A stretch of 64,000 nucleotides of DNA from a virus. The translations under genes and the position numbers were made by a program. Numbering within the stretch: the first letter of the stretch is position 1; each line of letters begins with the position of its first letter. The stretch covers positions 32,001 through 96,000 of the IMG/VR virus record IMGVR_UViG_3300024262_000015. One strand, written 5' to 3'. Shown in pieces: positions 19,894 to 29,502 of this stretch. The notes below the pieces were generated by a model. That model was not told the DNA's origin and ran no database searches. It worked only from the letters and a program-made list of their open reading frames with translations.

Positions 19894-22188
19894 ATGAATG
19901 AAAAAGAGCAATGGATAAAGTGGGCAGCCGAAGATTTAAACAATACCTCCGATGATGATATTGTTAAAATGGCCGGAGTTATACGGCGCTTCAAAAACTG
20001 GTGGAGAGTTTTATTTAGTCCAGAATATCGAAGAGATCTAACGGACTTAGAACGAGAAAGCGCACAGTTTTTGGAAAGCATGGATGTCTTAGGGAAAAAC
20101 ATTATTCCTAAGCTTCAATCGGCTATTAAAGATAAAGACACAGAGGACTACCGGTTTTATATAACTGAACTTAGAAAATACGTTCCTGTTCTTCAAAAGC
20201 AATTAGCCAATCTTGGATCTTCCACCGAGTCAGCCATCGCAAATGTTCCTGTAGATATGGGCAACATTGAAAAGGGCAAAATAACAAAAGTTTATCGTGT
20301 ATCTAGAGACGATTTAGAAGACCCAGAGATATTAGAAAAACTCGAAATACAACGAGAAGAAGCTGGTTTTGATATCCCCCTTAATATTAAAATAAATAAG
20401 GACTTTAATTCCTTTGATTGGATTCAGGATTTAGGTAGAGATAGTATTAAAATTCAACCAAAAGCGTTAAATCAATTAATATCTGACATCATAATAAATC
20501 TACCTATGCCAAGCGAACGAAAAGCTGCGCAAAGCTTTCTTCAAAAATATAAAAATACAGAACTTACAGAAGATATTAAAGATGCTGTGTGGGATGGAAC
20601 GCTATTAAGTGTAGAACATGCAACAGGAGAAAAAGGCAAACGTTCTGCTAATGATCTTTTTTACTATATTGATGCTACTTTAAAAATTGATCTCCCAGAT
20701 ATTCAAGTTACTTTGCCGGTAACATTTAGAGTTGAAGATCCCAGCCTTACCTCTAAACCTACAGGATTAGATGTAGTAAATATATTTAAGCAAACTGGGG
20801 CAGATATCAAATTTACTAACCCCGTCGCTCTTGAGCTTATTGTTGAAGAGGAGTCAGAGCCCAAATCACGCAGCAAAGGTAAAAGCAAAAGCAAAAGCAA
20901 AAGCAAAAGCAAAAGCAAAAGTGTTGATCTTCCTCAGACTTCGGAAGAAGGGAAGGAAGGAGAGGCAGGGGAGCAAGAAGATGACAAGAAGGAAGATGAT
21001 AAGAAGGAAGATGGTGGTGGTGTTGAATTAGAATTTGATGATGTGGCAATAGATGAAGCTGCTTTAGCAGAAAAGGCTCGGGGACGTGCTGAAGCTGGAG
21101 GGACCATCTTTGATTCGTTTCTTACAAAGCTAGGTCAACAAAATTTTTTAAACTACTTAAACCAGCCTGCTCCAAGCAAATCTGTAAACCAGCCTGCTCC
21201 AAGCAAATCTGTAAACCAGAAAGCTCCTATCTCTGAAAAAGAGGTGGTGGTTAAAGATAAAGAAGGAGATGCAGCGATAGGAACATTTAAAGGAGAGCTT
21301 GCGGTTTTTCTTCCAGACCAAACTAGAGTTGGAGGCACAAAAGCCTGGAGAAACAATAACCCTGGAAACTTACGTTTGCCTACTGCATGGAAATTTTATG
21401 GCGCTGTAGGACGTGGCGGAAACATGGCCATCTTTCCAAATTTAGAAGCGGGTCGAGAAGCCTTAGAAAAATATATTCAGGTTCAAGGCATTAACAAAAA
21501 CTTTACTATTGCTAATTTTATAAAAATGTACGCCCCTGCTGAAGATTCCAATGACCCGAAGAGCTATGCAGCGTCAGTAGCTAGAGATCTGGGAGTGTCA
21601 GTTAACGCCCCTTTAAAGGGTCTTAGTATACCTGAGATTGCCGATGCCATTACTAGAGTGGAAGGATGGAGGGCTGGCCAGGTGCTTGGACCTACAGCAC
21701 CAGATGAGCCAGCTTCTACTCAAGAACGTTGGGCTCAATTTGATAATGCTAAACAAAATAAGCTTTTGATTAATGAACTTAATTCTCTACAGAATTTTTT
21801 TACCCAAGCCTCACCGGATGAAAAGCGCTTTCAAAAAGAGTTAATTCGCAGATCGTTGCCAGAAACCATTATCTCTATAAAGATAGGATCTCCTGATTAT
21901 CCACCTTACGCTTTAAAGGTAGCTGACGTAACTCGTTCAGCTTTAAGAGAGGAGCTTGGGGCAGAAGTTTCCATTAAAGGTGAGCCCAAAAGCTTTATCA
22001 TTGAGGCCGCTCTTCATGGCAGTCCTTCAATTGTTAAGAACGCTGTGAAAGAAGTTTGCTTAAGTATAAGTAAAAATTTTAATACTTTAAAACCAATAAC
22101 TTTCAATATAAACAATAGTACCGAGTCAGATTTACCGCTTATTAACTACGAGGATATGGAATGGCAACTGAACAAACTAAGAAGCTAA
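19894..22188 (+). CDS. Virion protein with lysozyme-like (NNPGN) muralytic domain
   Basis: ATG after AGGAGA; RNNNPGNLR...F...EAG...TIANFIKMYAPAEDSNDPKSY...ITRVEG at about 21340-21670. Confidence 0.7.
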   Translation: MNEKEQWIKWAAEDLNNTSDDDIVKMAGVIRRFKNWWRVLFSPEYRRDLTDLERESAQFLESMDVLGKNIIPKLQSAIKDKDTEDYRFYITELRKYVPVLQKQLANLGSSTESAIANVPVDMGNIEKGKITKVYRVSRDDLEDPEILEKLEIQREEAGFDIPLNIKINKDFNSFDWIQDLGRDSIKIQPKALNQLISDIIINLPMPSERKAAQSFLQKYKNTELTEDIKDAVWDGTLLSVEHATGEKGKRSANDLFYYIDATLKIDLPDIQVTLPVTFRVEDPSLTSKPTGLDVVNIFKQTGADIKFTNPVALELIVEEESEPKSRSKGKSKSKSKSKSKSKSVDLPQTSEEGKEGEAGEQEDDKKEDDKKEDGGGVELEFDDVAIDEAALAEKARGRAEAGGTIFDSFLTKLGQQNFLNYLNQPAPSKSVNQPAPSKSVNQKAPISEKEVVVKDKEGDAAIGTFKGELAVFLPDQTRVGGTKAWRNNNPGNLRLPTAWKFYGAVGRGGNMAIFPNLEAGREALEKYIQVQGINKNFTIANFIKMYAPAEDSNDPKSYAASVARDLGVSVNAPLKGLSIPEIADAITRVEGWRAGQVLGPTAPDEPASTQERWAQFDNAKQNKLLINELNSLQNFFTQASPDEKRFQKELIRRSLPETIISIKIGSPDYPPYALKVADVTRSALREELGAEVSIKGEPKSFIIEAALHGSPSIVKNAVKEVCLSISKNFNTLKPITFNINNSTESDLPLINYEDMEWQLNKLRS
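20872..20922 (+). repeat. AGCAAA microsatellite encoding (SK)n
   Basis: Direct reading of the sequence. Confidence 0.9.
21160..21219 (+). repeat. 27-bp tandem duplication (NQPAPSKSV)x2
   Basis: AACCAGCCTGCTCCAAGCAAATCTGTA occurs twice, followed by AACCAG. Confidence 0.9.
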
Positions 22189-22484
22189 CAAGCTTTGCGG
22201 AAGTAGCAGGCTCTAGATACAATGGCATAATGGTTCATGTTTATTTTTCCGAAAGTGCAGGTCGAACTAAGTGGGAACAGTTCGATATTGAAGAAAAGAA
22301 TGTAGTTACAGGAAAAATTATAGGAGCGGCAGGAGATTGCTTGTTCTTAGAGTGGAAAGGTAAAAGCGGCGTTTCTGTAGAGGTTTGTTTAAATGGTCTC
22401 TTAATCGTGGGAATTGCTCCTTACTCTAAGGACCTACCGGAAATTTTTGCAGAGGCTTGGAAGCTTGACAGAACAAGGTCTTAA
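22161..22484 (+). CDS. Small beta protein, possible Sm/LSm-like fold
   Basis: VVTGKIIGAAGDCLFLE...VCLNGLLIVGI resembles Sm1/Sm2 spacing. Confidence 0.35.
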   Translation: MATEQTKKLTSFAEVAGSRYNGIMVHVYFSESAGRTKWEQFDIEEKNVVTGKIIGAAGDCLFLEWKGKSGVSVEVCLNGLLIVGIAPYSKDLPEIFAEAWKLDRTRS

Positions 22485-22771
22485 TGTTGGAGAAACTGAG
22501 AAAATTAGCTCAATCTCTTCGGGAGGCTGGGGAAAACGAGCTTGCTGATGGGGTTTGTTGTGCTTTTGCAGCGCTTAGTGGCCAAAAACGTCCCCAAGTA
22601 GACTTAACTTTCTCATCAGTTTTAAGAGACTTAAGAAAAAAATCCCCTGAAAACGTTCGACCGTTCCAAAAGTTATTTAAAGAAAAGTTTGATGAAGCGT
22701 TAATAGCAGAAATTGATGATCCAGAAGAAGCCGCCCTAATGGAGTGTATTGGAAAGGGTAATTTTGTCTAA
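22484..22771 (+). CDS. Small hypothetical head protein
   Basis: N-terminal LRKLAQSLREAGENELAD hairpin module. Confidence 0.55.
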   Translation: MLEKLRKLAQSLREAGENELADGVCCAFAALSGQKRPQVDLTFSSVLRDLRKKSPENVRPFQKLFKEKFDEALIAEIDDPEEAALMECIGKGNFV

Positions 22772-23939
22772 ATTTCCTGTGCGCTTTTCTCAAGTGGACT
22801 CTAACCTTTTAAGGGGTGGCGAACCTAGTCCTAAGCATTTAGAGCTACTTAAGAAAATAGGAATTAAACGAATTGTGTCCTTAGATCAAGAAATTGGGGA
22901 GGAGATTGATCCATTTTGTAAAAAAAATAACATACAACATATTACATTACCACTACAAGATGGAGAAAGTTCTGCTGTTAAATTTTTGCCATTAGTTGCT
23001 AAAGCTCTAAATGATGTTCCAACCTATGTACATTGTCGCCTTGGTCGAGATCGTACTGGTATGGCTATAGCAATTTATAGAATGCTCGTTAATGGTTGGA
23101 GTCTTAAAGATGCTTTAACTGAGGCTAAAGGCTTTGGAATGGGCAATGGAATGTCCGATGAAGCGAGCAAAACCTTTTACGATGCAGTTAAAAGTTTTGG
23201 TCGAAGCGGAGAAGACATTAACAACGGCCTCTCTATTGTAGATATCCAAAGAGATGAATTTGCTTTTGATCAACGTCCTCCAGGCGTTGATGACCAATCT
23301 AAGGCTAATCCGCTGCTAAAATCACTGGCTCCTTACGGAAGCGCTGATAACTTTGGAGGAACAACCGAAATATATATAGACGAAGATCAAAGCAGCATGA
23401 CTTATCCGTATTGGAACAGTCCTCAAAAAGATAAATTATGGGATTTAACAAATAGAATTTATAAGTACTGCCAACCATCAGATGCATTAAGTAGAAATAA
23501 GCTTTGGTATGCCGATCCTGCTTCCGCTAAAGCTCATGCTGAAGGAAACTTAAAAAATGCTAAAATGTTTACAGCTTTAATTAGCCCCCTAGCTAAAGGA
23601 ATTACTCATCCTTCAAATGCCAATAAGCGTTTAGTTCATGATGCAATGTTCCAAGGTTATGATATTGTTTGTTTCGTTCCAATAATGGGAATAAAGGAGG
23701 CATTAGTAATTAACCCTACAGCCATAACTGATTTACAAAGCCCCCAAGAAAGAGAGGGAGAGGATGTAAATAACAACATGGGCATTCCTCTTCAGCCAGG
23801 GGTACAGAACTTTGCCCAATACAACGGGCTAGCTCAGTATAACTTTCCTGGAAGCTCTGCTGGAATGTCTGGGCTAATGGAGGGAGTCACTGGTGGGTTG
23901 GCTGGAGTAATGACTCTTCCATATGGTCTTAACTTTTAA
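22749..23939 (+). CDS. Tyrosine/dual-specificity phosphatase fused to an ART-like domain
   Basis: LLRGGEP, GIKRIVSL and the CX5R P-loop HCRLGRDRTG; C-terminal GYD...E.LVINP motif. Confidence 0.85.
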   Translation: MERVILSKFPVRFSQVDSNLLRGGEPSPKHLELLKKIGIKRIVSLDQEIGEEIDPFCKKNNIQHITLPLQDGESSAVKFLPLVAKALNDVPTYVHCRLGRDRTGMAIAIYRMLVNGWSLKDALTEAKGFGMGNGMSDEASKTFYDAVKSFGRSGEDINNGLSIVDIQRDEFAFDQRPPGVDDQSKANPLLKSLAPYGSADNFGGTTEIYIDEDQSSMTYPYWNSPQKDKLWDLTNRIYKYCQPSDALSRNKLWYADPASAKAHAEGNLKNAKMFTALISPLAKGITHPSNANKRLVHDAMFQGYDIVCFVPIMGIKEALVINPTAITDLQSPQEREGEDVNNNMGIPLQPGVQNFAQYNGLAQYNFPGSSAGMSGLMEGVTGGLAGVMTLPYGLNF

Positions 23940-23959
23940 GCAATAAGAAAACATTTTTA

Positions 23960-24583
23960 ATGATGATTAAACGCGCTTATTCTGTCCAAATGTCTTTTGA
24001 TATTCCTGATGAGCAAAAGAATATTGCCCTTCAAGCTAAAAGAGCCTTCGAAGAGGTCATAAGTCGTCTTCGAATTGCTAAGCGATATTTAAATAAAATC
24101 TACGAACCATTTTCAGACTTAAAAGAATCTGACCCGGATGAAATCTACCAACACCGTTTAGTTTTTAGACGATATAGAAATCAAGTAAAGGAATATTATC
24201 AAGAAGTTTTAGCTCAAATACAGAAGGCCACTCTTTTAATGACTTCATTTTCTAGTGATTTGGATGTAGTAGAAATGTTGGATTCGTTTGCAAATATTGT
24301 TCATTATTTAAAAGATGATGTAAATACTTTGCTTGGTGATTTCTCTCAATTACGTAATCCTAAATTCCCTGAACTTTTAACTAAAGACATAGATCAAATT
24401 AAAGAAGACACAGATGAGATAAAGGAAATATTAAATGATAGAGTTTTAGAATACTTAGACACTAATATTTTGGCAAAGAATTGGATTAGCGGTATAACAA
24501 ACGAAGAAAGTACTAAGTTGTTTGAAAACTCTCCACTAATCGTTGAGCTTTTCAAGGAACGACAAAAGGTGTTAGGAAAATAA
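23960..24583 (+). CDS. Helical hypothetical protein
   Basis: 207 aa; starts MMIKRAY; no SD, immediately after a candidate promoter. Confidence 0.6.
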   Translation: MMIKRAYSVQMSFDIPDEQKNIALQAKRAFEEVISRLRIAKRYLNKIYEPFSDLKESDPDEIYQHRLVFRRYRNQVKEYYQEVLAQIQKATLLMTSFSSDLDVVEMLDSFANIVHYLKDDVNTLLGDFSQLRNPKFPELLTKDIDQIKEDTDEIKEILNDRVLEYLDTNILAKNWISGITNEESTKLFENSPLIVELFKERQKVLGK

Positions 24584-24735
24584 TGGGTTTCATTAAACGC
24601 TCTGAAGGTCAAATAAAGAAAGTTGTAAAGCTTGATACGACTGAAGAGCAAGTTCAAGAAAAATTAGACCACCTAAAAGAGTCTTTAGGTATGGCGGAAG
24701 ACGAGCCTAAAGAAGAGGAGCAAGGTGCTAATTAA
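24583..24735 (+). CDS. Small protein missing from the ORF track (50 aa)
   Basis: TAATG-coupled start; MGFIKRSEGQIKKVVKLD...EEEQGAN*; fills the gap before the protease gene. Confidence 0.6.
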   Translation: MGFIKRSEGQIKKVVKLDTTEEQVQEKLDHLKESLGMAEDEPKEEEQGAN

Positions 24736-27700
24736 ACTTGGTGAAGCTCAAGAAATTAATCCGGCCTTTAAAAATGCTGATGAATTAGACCCTAATGCAG
24801 TTGAGGGCTCTACTGCCCAATATTTTAAGTCTTTTGGTGAAGGGAAAAGAATAGCCCCTAAAGCAAAAGATTTTCTTTATTTTACAGCCGTTATGATGCA
24901 TGCGGCCGAAGCTAGTTTGCTTGACGATCTTGGTACTTTTAAATGTGGTACAGACGGAAAGCCTTTAACTTCATATTGGGATAAAGGCGGGAACTCTTGG
25001 AAATGGGTTTGTTCTGATACTAACATCAAGCCTCTCAAAAATAATAATTGCTTCCCGCCTGGTACAAAAATATTGCTTGCTAATGGCTCTTCCAAAAATA
25101 TAGAAGATATTCAAGTAGGCGATGAGGTAATTACTCATAAAGGGCGCCCGCGAAAAGTACTAGAAACCTTTGTTACAGAGCATGATGGAGAGCTTTTAGA
25201 GTTAAAAATTAAAAACAATATATCTCTTTTTTGTACTTCAGAGCATCCATTTTATAATGTAGATTTTGATAATTTTAAAACCCAACGTCGTGGTTTAAAG
25301 CCCTTAACAGATAGGAAACGAAAAACCAACGGTGATTTTCAACCCACCTTTAAATTTACTCCTGCATCAAACTTGCAAGAAGGCGATCTATTAACATCTC
25401 CCCGTATTCATTTACACAAAGAAGCAAAAGATTTAAATCCTAATAGAGCTTTATTGTTAGGATATTTTGCTGCAGAAGGTTCTTTTTCTAAAAAATACGG
25501 TAAACGCCAATCGGCTGTCTTTACTTTAGGTATTACTGAAGAGGCAATTGCTGATACAATTAAAAATATTTTTGCCGAAGAGTTTCCAGAATGTTCAGTA
25601 CTTGTTACTCCCGAACCTTCTAGATCTGTAATTAGAATAACCGCTACAGGTCAAAATATAGCTGAGTATTTTTATCACTATGTAGGAGAATATTCAGATA
25701 GAAAGGTTCTCCATGAAAACCTTTGTTTCTCCTCTGATGAAAATAAAAAAGCTTTTCTCACTGGCTGGCTAGATGGAGATGGTTGTCTTTCTGATAATAA
25801 CAAGCTGGTAGGGATCACCACATCACCAGATCTTGCTTTTCAAGTACGTACCATTCTTCATTCATTAGGTATAAATAACTCCTTACGCCGCAATCTATCT
25901 CCCGGTAAAGTAACAATAAATAAACTTTATGGAGAATATGATGCAAAAGACCATTACAGAATTGAAATTTATGGAAATGGTTGGAAAGAAATTGGACTAG
26001 AAAAAACTAGTTCAAAATATGATTTTAGTTCTACAAAACTTTGTCAAGAAAGAAACTCCTTTACTCCCGATTATGGCCTTCATTATTTAAGAAAAATAAA
26101 TCGGATTCCATTTTCTGGGAAAGTTTATAATTTTGAGGTAGAAGAAGATCATTCATATTTGGCTGATAGCATCGCCGTACATAACTGTGATATATTTCCT
26201 GAAGAAGAATTGCTTCGAGCCCATAAAAAGTGGGTAGGAAAACCTTTGTGTTTAGACCACAAAAGCTCTTCGGTAGAAATGGTCCGAGGTATTATTGTAG
26301 ATACTTATTATGACCAAAAACATAAAAGAGTAGTTGGTCTTTGTGCTTTAGATAAAAAAAATTATCCTGATTTAGCTCGTCAAGTAGAGGCCGGATATTG
26401 CAATTCCGTCTCCATGGGCACCGCAGTAGGAAGAGCAATCTGTACTGATTGTGGGCGGGTAGCAAAGAGTGAACAAGAGCTTTGCGGCCACATGAAATCC
26501 AAAAGCTGTTACGGCGAAATCAATGTGGACCTAAATCCAATTGAGCTTTCTATAGTAGTTAATGGTGCAGATCCAAAAGCAAAAATTAAGCATATTATTG
26601 CAAGTCAATTAAGACAAGCCGAAAATCTGGACGCTGCACTAGCCGAAAAGATTTCTCAGGGCAAAGAAATTGATGATACAGAGCTAAAGGAGTTAAGGGA
26701 AGGATTACAGAGTTTGACCGATAAAGTTTCATCATTATTAGGAGATGAGCCTACTGATGAACAAAAACTTTATAATACAACAATCGGACCAACCAGATCT
26801 GTATCTTATATGACATCTCCTCAGGTAGAGCCAGCAGGCACCCTCGGAACAGTCATGAAATTTCCCGAACCTTTCCCAACGTATGCATCTCAAGTTACCA
26901 AGCATGAACTTACAGGACTTAAAAAGAAAATGGCTAAACTCCAAGGGAACTACCAAAAGCTAACAAACCAAGTTAAGGAATCAGAAATGTCGCAGCACAA
27001 AAAGGCTTACTTTCAGGGTGGGGGAGGCGTAAATGAGCCAGAACCCAATAAACAAGGACTACGGTATCCCAATACGGTAGATGCAAACTACATTCGGGAT
27101 CACGAAGATAAACAAATGGTGGGCCGTCCCCCGTTTCCCGGAGTAGGGCCTATTGATGGTCTTTATGGTGGAGGCCAGGAGCTAGAGCTTAAAAATCATC
27201 TCCAGCGTTTAGCGTCAGAAATTGAAGATCGAAAACTGCGCCGTGAAGCAGCCGCCAAACAAGCTGACAACAAACAGGCCTATTATCAAGGCGGCGGTGG
27301 TGTAAACGAGCCCGAGCCTAATAAGCCCGGCCTGCGTTATCCAAATACCGTGGACTACGAGTATATTCGAGACCATGAAGATAAACAAATGGTTGGGGCT
27401 CCTCCCTTTCCTGGAGTTGGCAACATTGATGGTCTTTACCCAGGCGATTTGCAACTAAAAGAAAAACTTCTTCGAGCAGAACTTAGTGCGCGTTTCATTA
27501 AAGCCTCTCTTCCTGATGGTAGTGCAGATCAAGGCGGCTCTCGATGGGATGTATACGCAAAGAGTGATGACAAGGATCATCTTATCCTAAGTGCTACGGT
27601 TAACGAGATCACAAAGGGAAATGCGACTTCTCTTTTTGAAACCGTTGCTACCCGCGACTTTGGTAAAAATCTAATCACTCAAATTCGTCGAGACGGCTTT

Positions 27701-29482
27701 GAGACAACGGCCGCGCGAATTAAACAAGCTCAGCCTGCTCCGGTTCAAGCTCCCGCTTTGGGACCATTGCCGGGACAAGCAGCCGGTCAGTTCCAGCCTC
27801 CTCCTGCGCCCCCTGCACCTGCTGGGCCGCCGGTAGGAGCTATGCCTGGAATGGATCCTGGTGCCATGGTCGGAATGGAAGGTCTAGAGGTTATTGAAGA
27901 GCCTCTAGCGGCTGGAGTTCCGGAAGAAACTATTGATCAATTAGCTTCAGAGGTTCGTGGGCTTGCTGAACAAACCGCACGTCGAGCATCAGATCTTGAA
28001 GAAGGAGTCATGGCTCTTACTGGTGAGGCTCCTGCTCTAGAAGAGGTGCCCCGTGCTGGTGAAGAGGAATTCCTGGAGGCAGAGGTTGGTCTGGAGCAGC
28101 CCACTGTGGCCTCGCTTCAAAGCATGCGCAAATCTCTTCATCATTGGATCCGTGAAGGAATGGAAGATGGAATTTCCCGGCTTAACAATCATACAAAAGA
28201 ACTGGAGATTGCATACAAAGTAGCTCGTAATAATTCTTCAGACTTTACCCCTCAAACCGGTCGTCATTTTGTTGGCCTAGTAAAAGAGGCTCTGGAGTCT
28301 GCTCATCGTTCTTTGGAGAGCACTGCTGATATCCAAGATGCGTTTAAAAAATATGCACATGGAACGGCTGGCCTTTTAAAGAGAGTAAAACAAGCTGCAG
28401 ACGTAGCCGAGGAGGAGATTCAAACCATGGACAAATATTCCGATGAACGGGATGCGCTTCTAATCGCTATCGCCGCAAAAAAGAAAAAGACCACAAAAAA
28501 GAAAGCGCCGTCTAAAAAGGGTAAATTGCCCCCTTGGCTTCAAAAGGATAAAAAAGATCTTGATGCCCAGGAACACGATGAAGATGGTGGCGAAGATGAT
28601 GCCGCTGATGGGCGATGTGGAGATAAAAACAGCGCTGCAATGAAACTAGAACTAGGACCTGATGCTCTAAAGGGTGCCAAGGTTACTACAGCCGCTCAGC
28701 TTGCTGCTCGTTATGACCTACAAACCAAAGAAGGTCGTGCCGCTTTCCGCTCTAAGTGTGCTCAAACTGGCATCAAATGGGCTCCGATTCTAGACGCCGC
28801 TCATCCCGATGGCTCTGCAGAACTTGAGTTCAAATTCCCTCATTCAACCATGAAAGGGGTAATGAACGATATCCGTGAGACTCATAAGAGAATGATGGAT
28901 GTTGTTGAAACCGAACCTAAATATGATCGTGACTCAGCACATGACGAAGGTGGAGATCGTAATACGGTATACGCCGCCAGTGATGCCCGAGATATTCATA
29001 AGATGGTTTCAGAAGGACGCCTTGATGCTTCAGAGGTAGATGGGTTGGCCGCTTTTGGTGTCGATCAAGAGGCCATTAATTACTATAAGAATTACTGGGC
29101 AGAAGCTGGGGATTCCGAAGCTACTGAGTTTGCTAAGCAACTAGTAGAAAATTATACGTCAGATAAGACCGCTCAAGATAACCAGGCAACGGAAGCTCGC
29201 CTAAAGAGAGCGTATGATTTGGCTTATGAAATGCGTGATAAAAGCATTATCGATAAAGAACAAATCCCAAATCAAGTTAAAGAAATCTTGTCTTGGAATG
29301 ATGAAGGTTACGAAAGTGTCAAGAAGATTGTTGCCAAACAATCAACCGGACAAACAAAAAATGCCATGCCTCAAGTGGGCTTTATGGACTCAGAAAAACT
29401 TATGCTTCCAACCCAAGAGGCTCCGCAAACCAGCGATCTAAAAGATTTGCTTAGCCAGTGTTTCGCCAATCGTCGCTACTAA
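24725..29482 (+). CDS. Prohead maturation protease-scaffold fusion containing an intein (about 1206 aa after splicing)
   Basis: N.N.DIFPEEEL, WVGKPLCLDH, RGIIVD, SVSMG, CTDCG...C.H and ELSIV..GADP (herpes/HK97-fold protease pattern), then a long coiled-coil scaffold. Confidence 0.8.
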   Translation: MLIKLGEAQEINPAFKNADELDPNAVEGSTAQYFKSFGEGKRIAPKAKDFLYFTAVMMHAAEASLLDDLGTFKCGTDGKPLTSYWDKGGNSWKWVCSDTNIKPLKNNNCFPPGTKILLANGSSKNIEDIQVGDEVITHKGRPRKVLETFVTEHDGELLELKIKNNISLFCTSEHPFYNVDFDNFKTQRRGLKPLTDRKRKTNGDFQPTFKFTPASNLQEGDLLTSPRIHLHKEAKDLNPNRALLLGYFAAEGSFSKKYGKRQSAVFTLGITEEAIADTIKNIFAEEFPECSVLVTPEPSRSVIRITATGQNIAEYFYHYVGEYSDRKVLHENLCFSSDENKKAFLTGWLDGDGCLSDNNKLVGITTSPDLAFQVRTILHSLGINNSLRRNLSPGKVTINKLYGEYDAKDHYRIEIYGNGWKEIGLEKTSSKYDFSSTKLCQERNSFTPDYGLHYLRKINRIPFSGKVYNFEVEEDHSYLADSIAVHNCDIFPEEELLRAHKKWVGKPLCLDHKSSSVEMVRGIIVDTYYDQKHKRVVGLCALDKKNYPDLARQVEAGYCNSVSMGTAVGRAICTDCGRVAKSEQELCGHMKSKSCYGEINVDLNPIELSIVVNGADPKAKIKHIIASQLRQAENLDAALAEKISQGKEIDDTELKELREGLQSLTDKVSSLLGDEPTDEQKLYNTTIGPTRSVSYMTSPQVEPAGTLGTVMKFPEPFPTYASQVTKHELTGLKKKMAKLQGNYQKLTNQVKESEMSQHKKAYFQGGGGVNEPEPNKQGLRYPNTVDANYIRDHEDKQMVGRPPFPGVGPIDGLYGGGQELELKNHLQRLASEIEDRKLRREAAAKQADNKQAYYQGGGGVNEPEPNKPGLRYPNTVDYEYIRDHEDKQMVGAPPFPGVGNIDGLYPGDLQLKEKLLRAELSARFIKASLPDGSADQGGSRWDVYAKSDDKDHLILSATVNEITKGNATSLFETVATRDFGKNLITQIRRDGFETTAARIKQAQPAPVQAPALGPLPGQAAGQFQPPPAPPAPAGPPVGAMPGMDPGAMVGMEGLEVIEEPLAAGVPEETIDQLASEVRGLAEQTARRASDLEEGVMALTGEAPALEEVPRAGEEEFLEAEVGLEQPTVASLQSMRKSLHHWIREGMEDGISRLNNHTKELEIAYKVARNNSSDFTPQTGRHFVGLVKEALESAHRSLESTADIQDAFKKYAHGTAGLLKRVKQAADVAEEEIQTMDKYSDERDALLIAIAAKKKKTTKKKAPSKKGKLPPWLQKDKKDLDAQEHDEDGGEDDAADGRCGDKNSAAMKLELGPDALKGAKVTTAAQLAARYDLQTKEGRAAFRSKCAQTGIKWAPILDAAHPDGSAELEFKFPHSTMKGVMNDIRETHKRMMDVVETEPKYDRDSAHDEGGDRNTVYAASDARDIHKMVSEGRLDASEVDGLAAFGVDQEAINYYKNYWAEAGDSEATEFAKQLVENYTSDKTAQDNQATEARLKRAYDLAYEMRDKSIIDKEQIPNQVKEILSWNDEGYESVKKIVAKQSTGQTKNAMPQVGFMDSEKLMLPTQEAPQTSDLKDLLSQCFANRRY
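25049..26185 (+). mobile_element. Intein with LAGLIDADG endonuclease in the prohead protease (379 aa)
   Basis: CFPPGTKILL, CTSEHPF, LLGYFAAEG / GWLDGDG, VYNFEVEEDHSY...VHN|C. Confidence 0.93.
27000..27445 (+). repeat. Two copies of a ~57-aa repeat in the scaffold region
   Basis: K(K/Q)AY(F/Y)QGGGGVNEPEPNK.GLRYPNTVD..YIRDHEDKQMVG.PPFPGVG.IDGLY occurs twice. Confidence 0.9.
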
Positions 29483-29502
29483 AAGAAGAAAAGGTCTCAA
29501 AA

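Noticed and set aside
27000-27445. DGR template/variable repeat pair
   Set aside because: Differences are mostly synonymous and not adenine-specific, both copies are in one ORF, and no reverse transcriptase is present.
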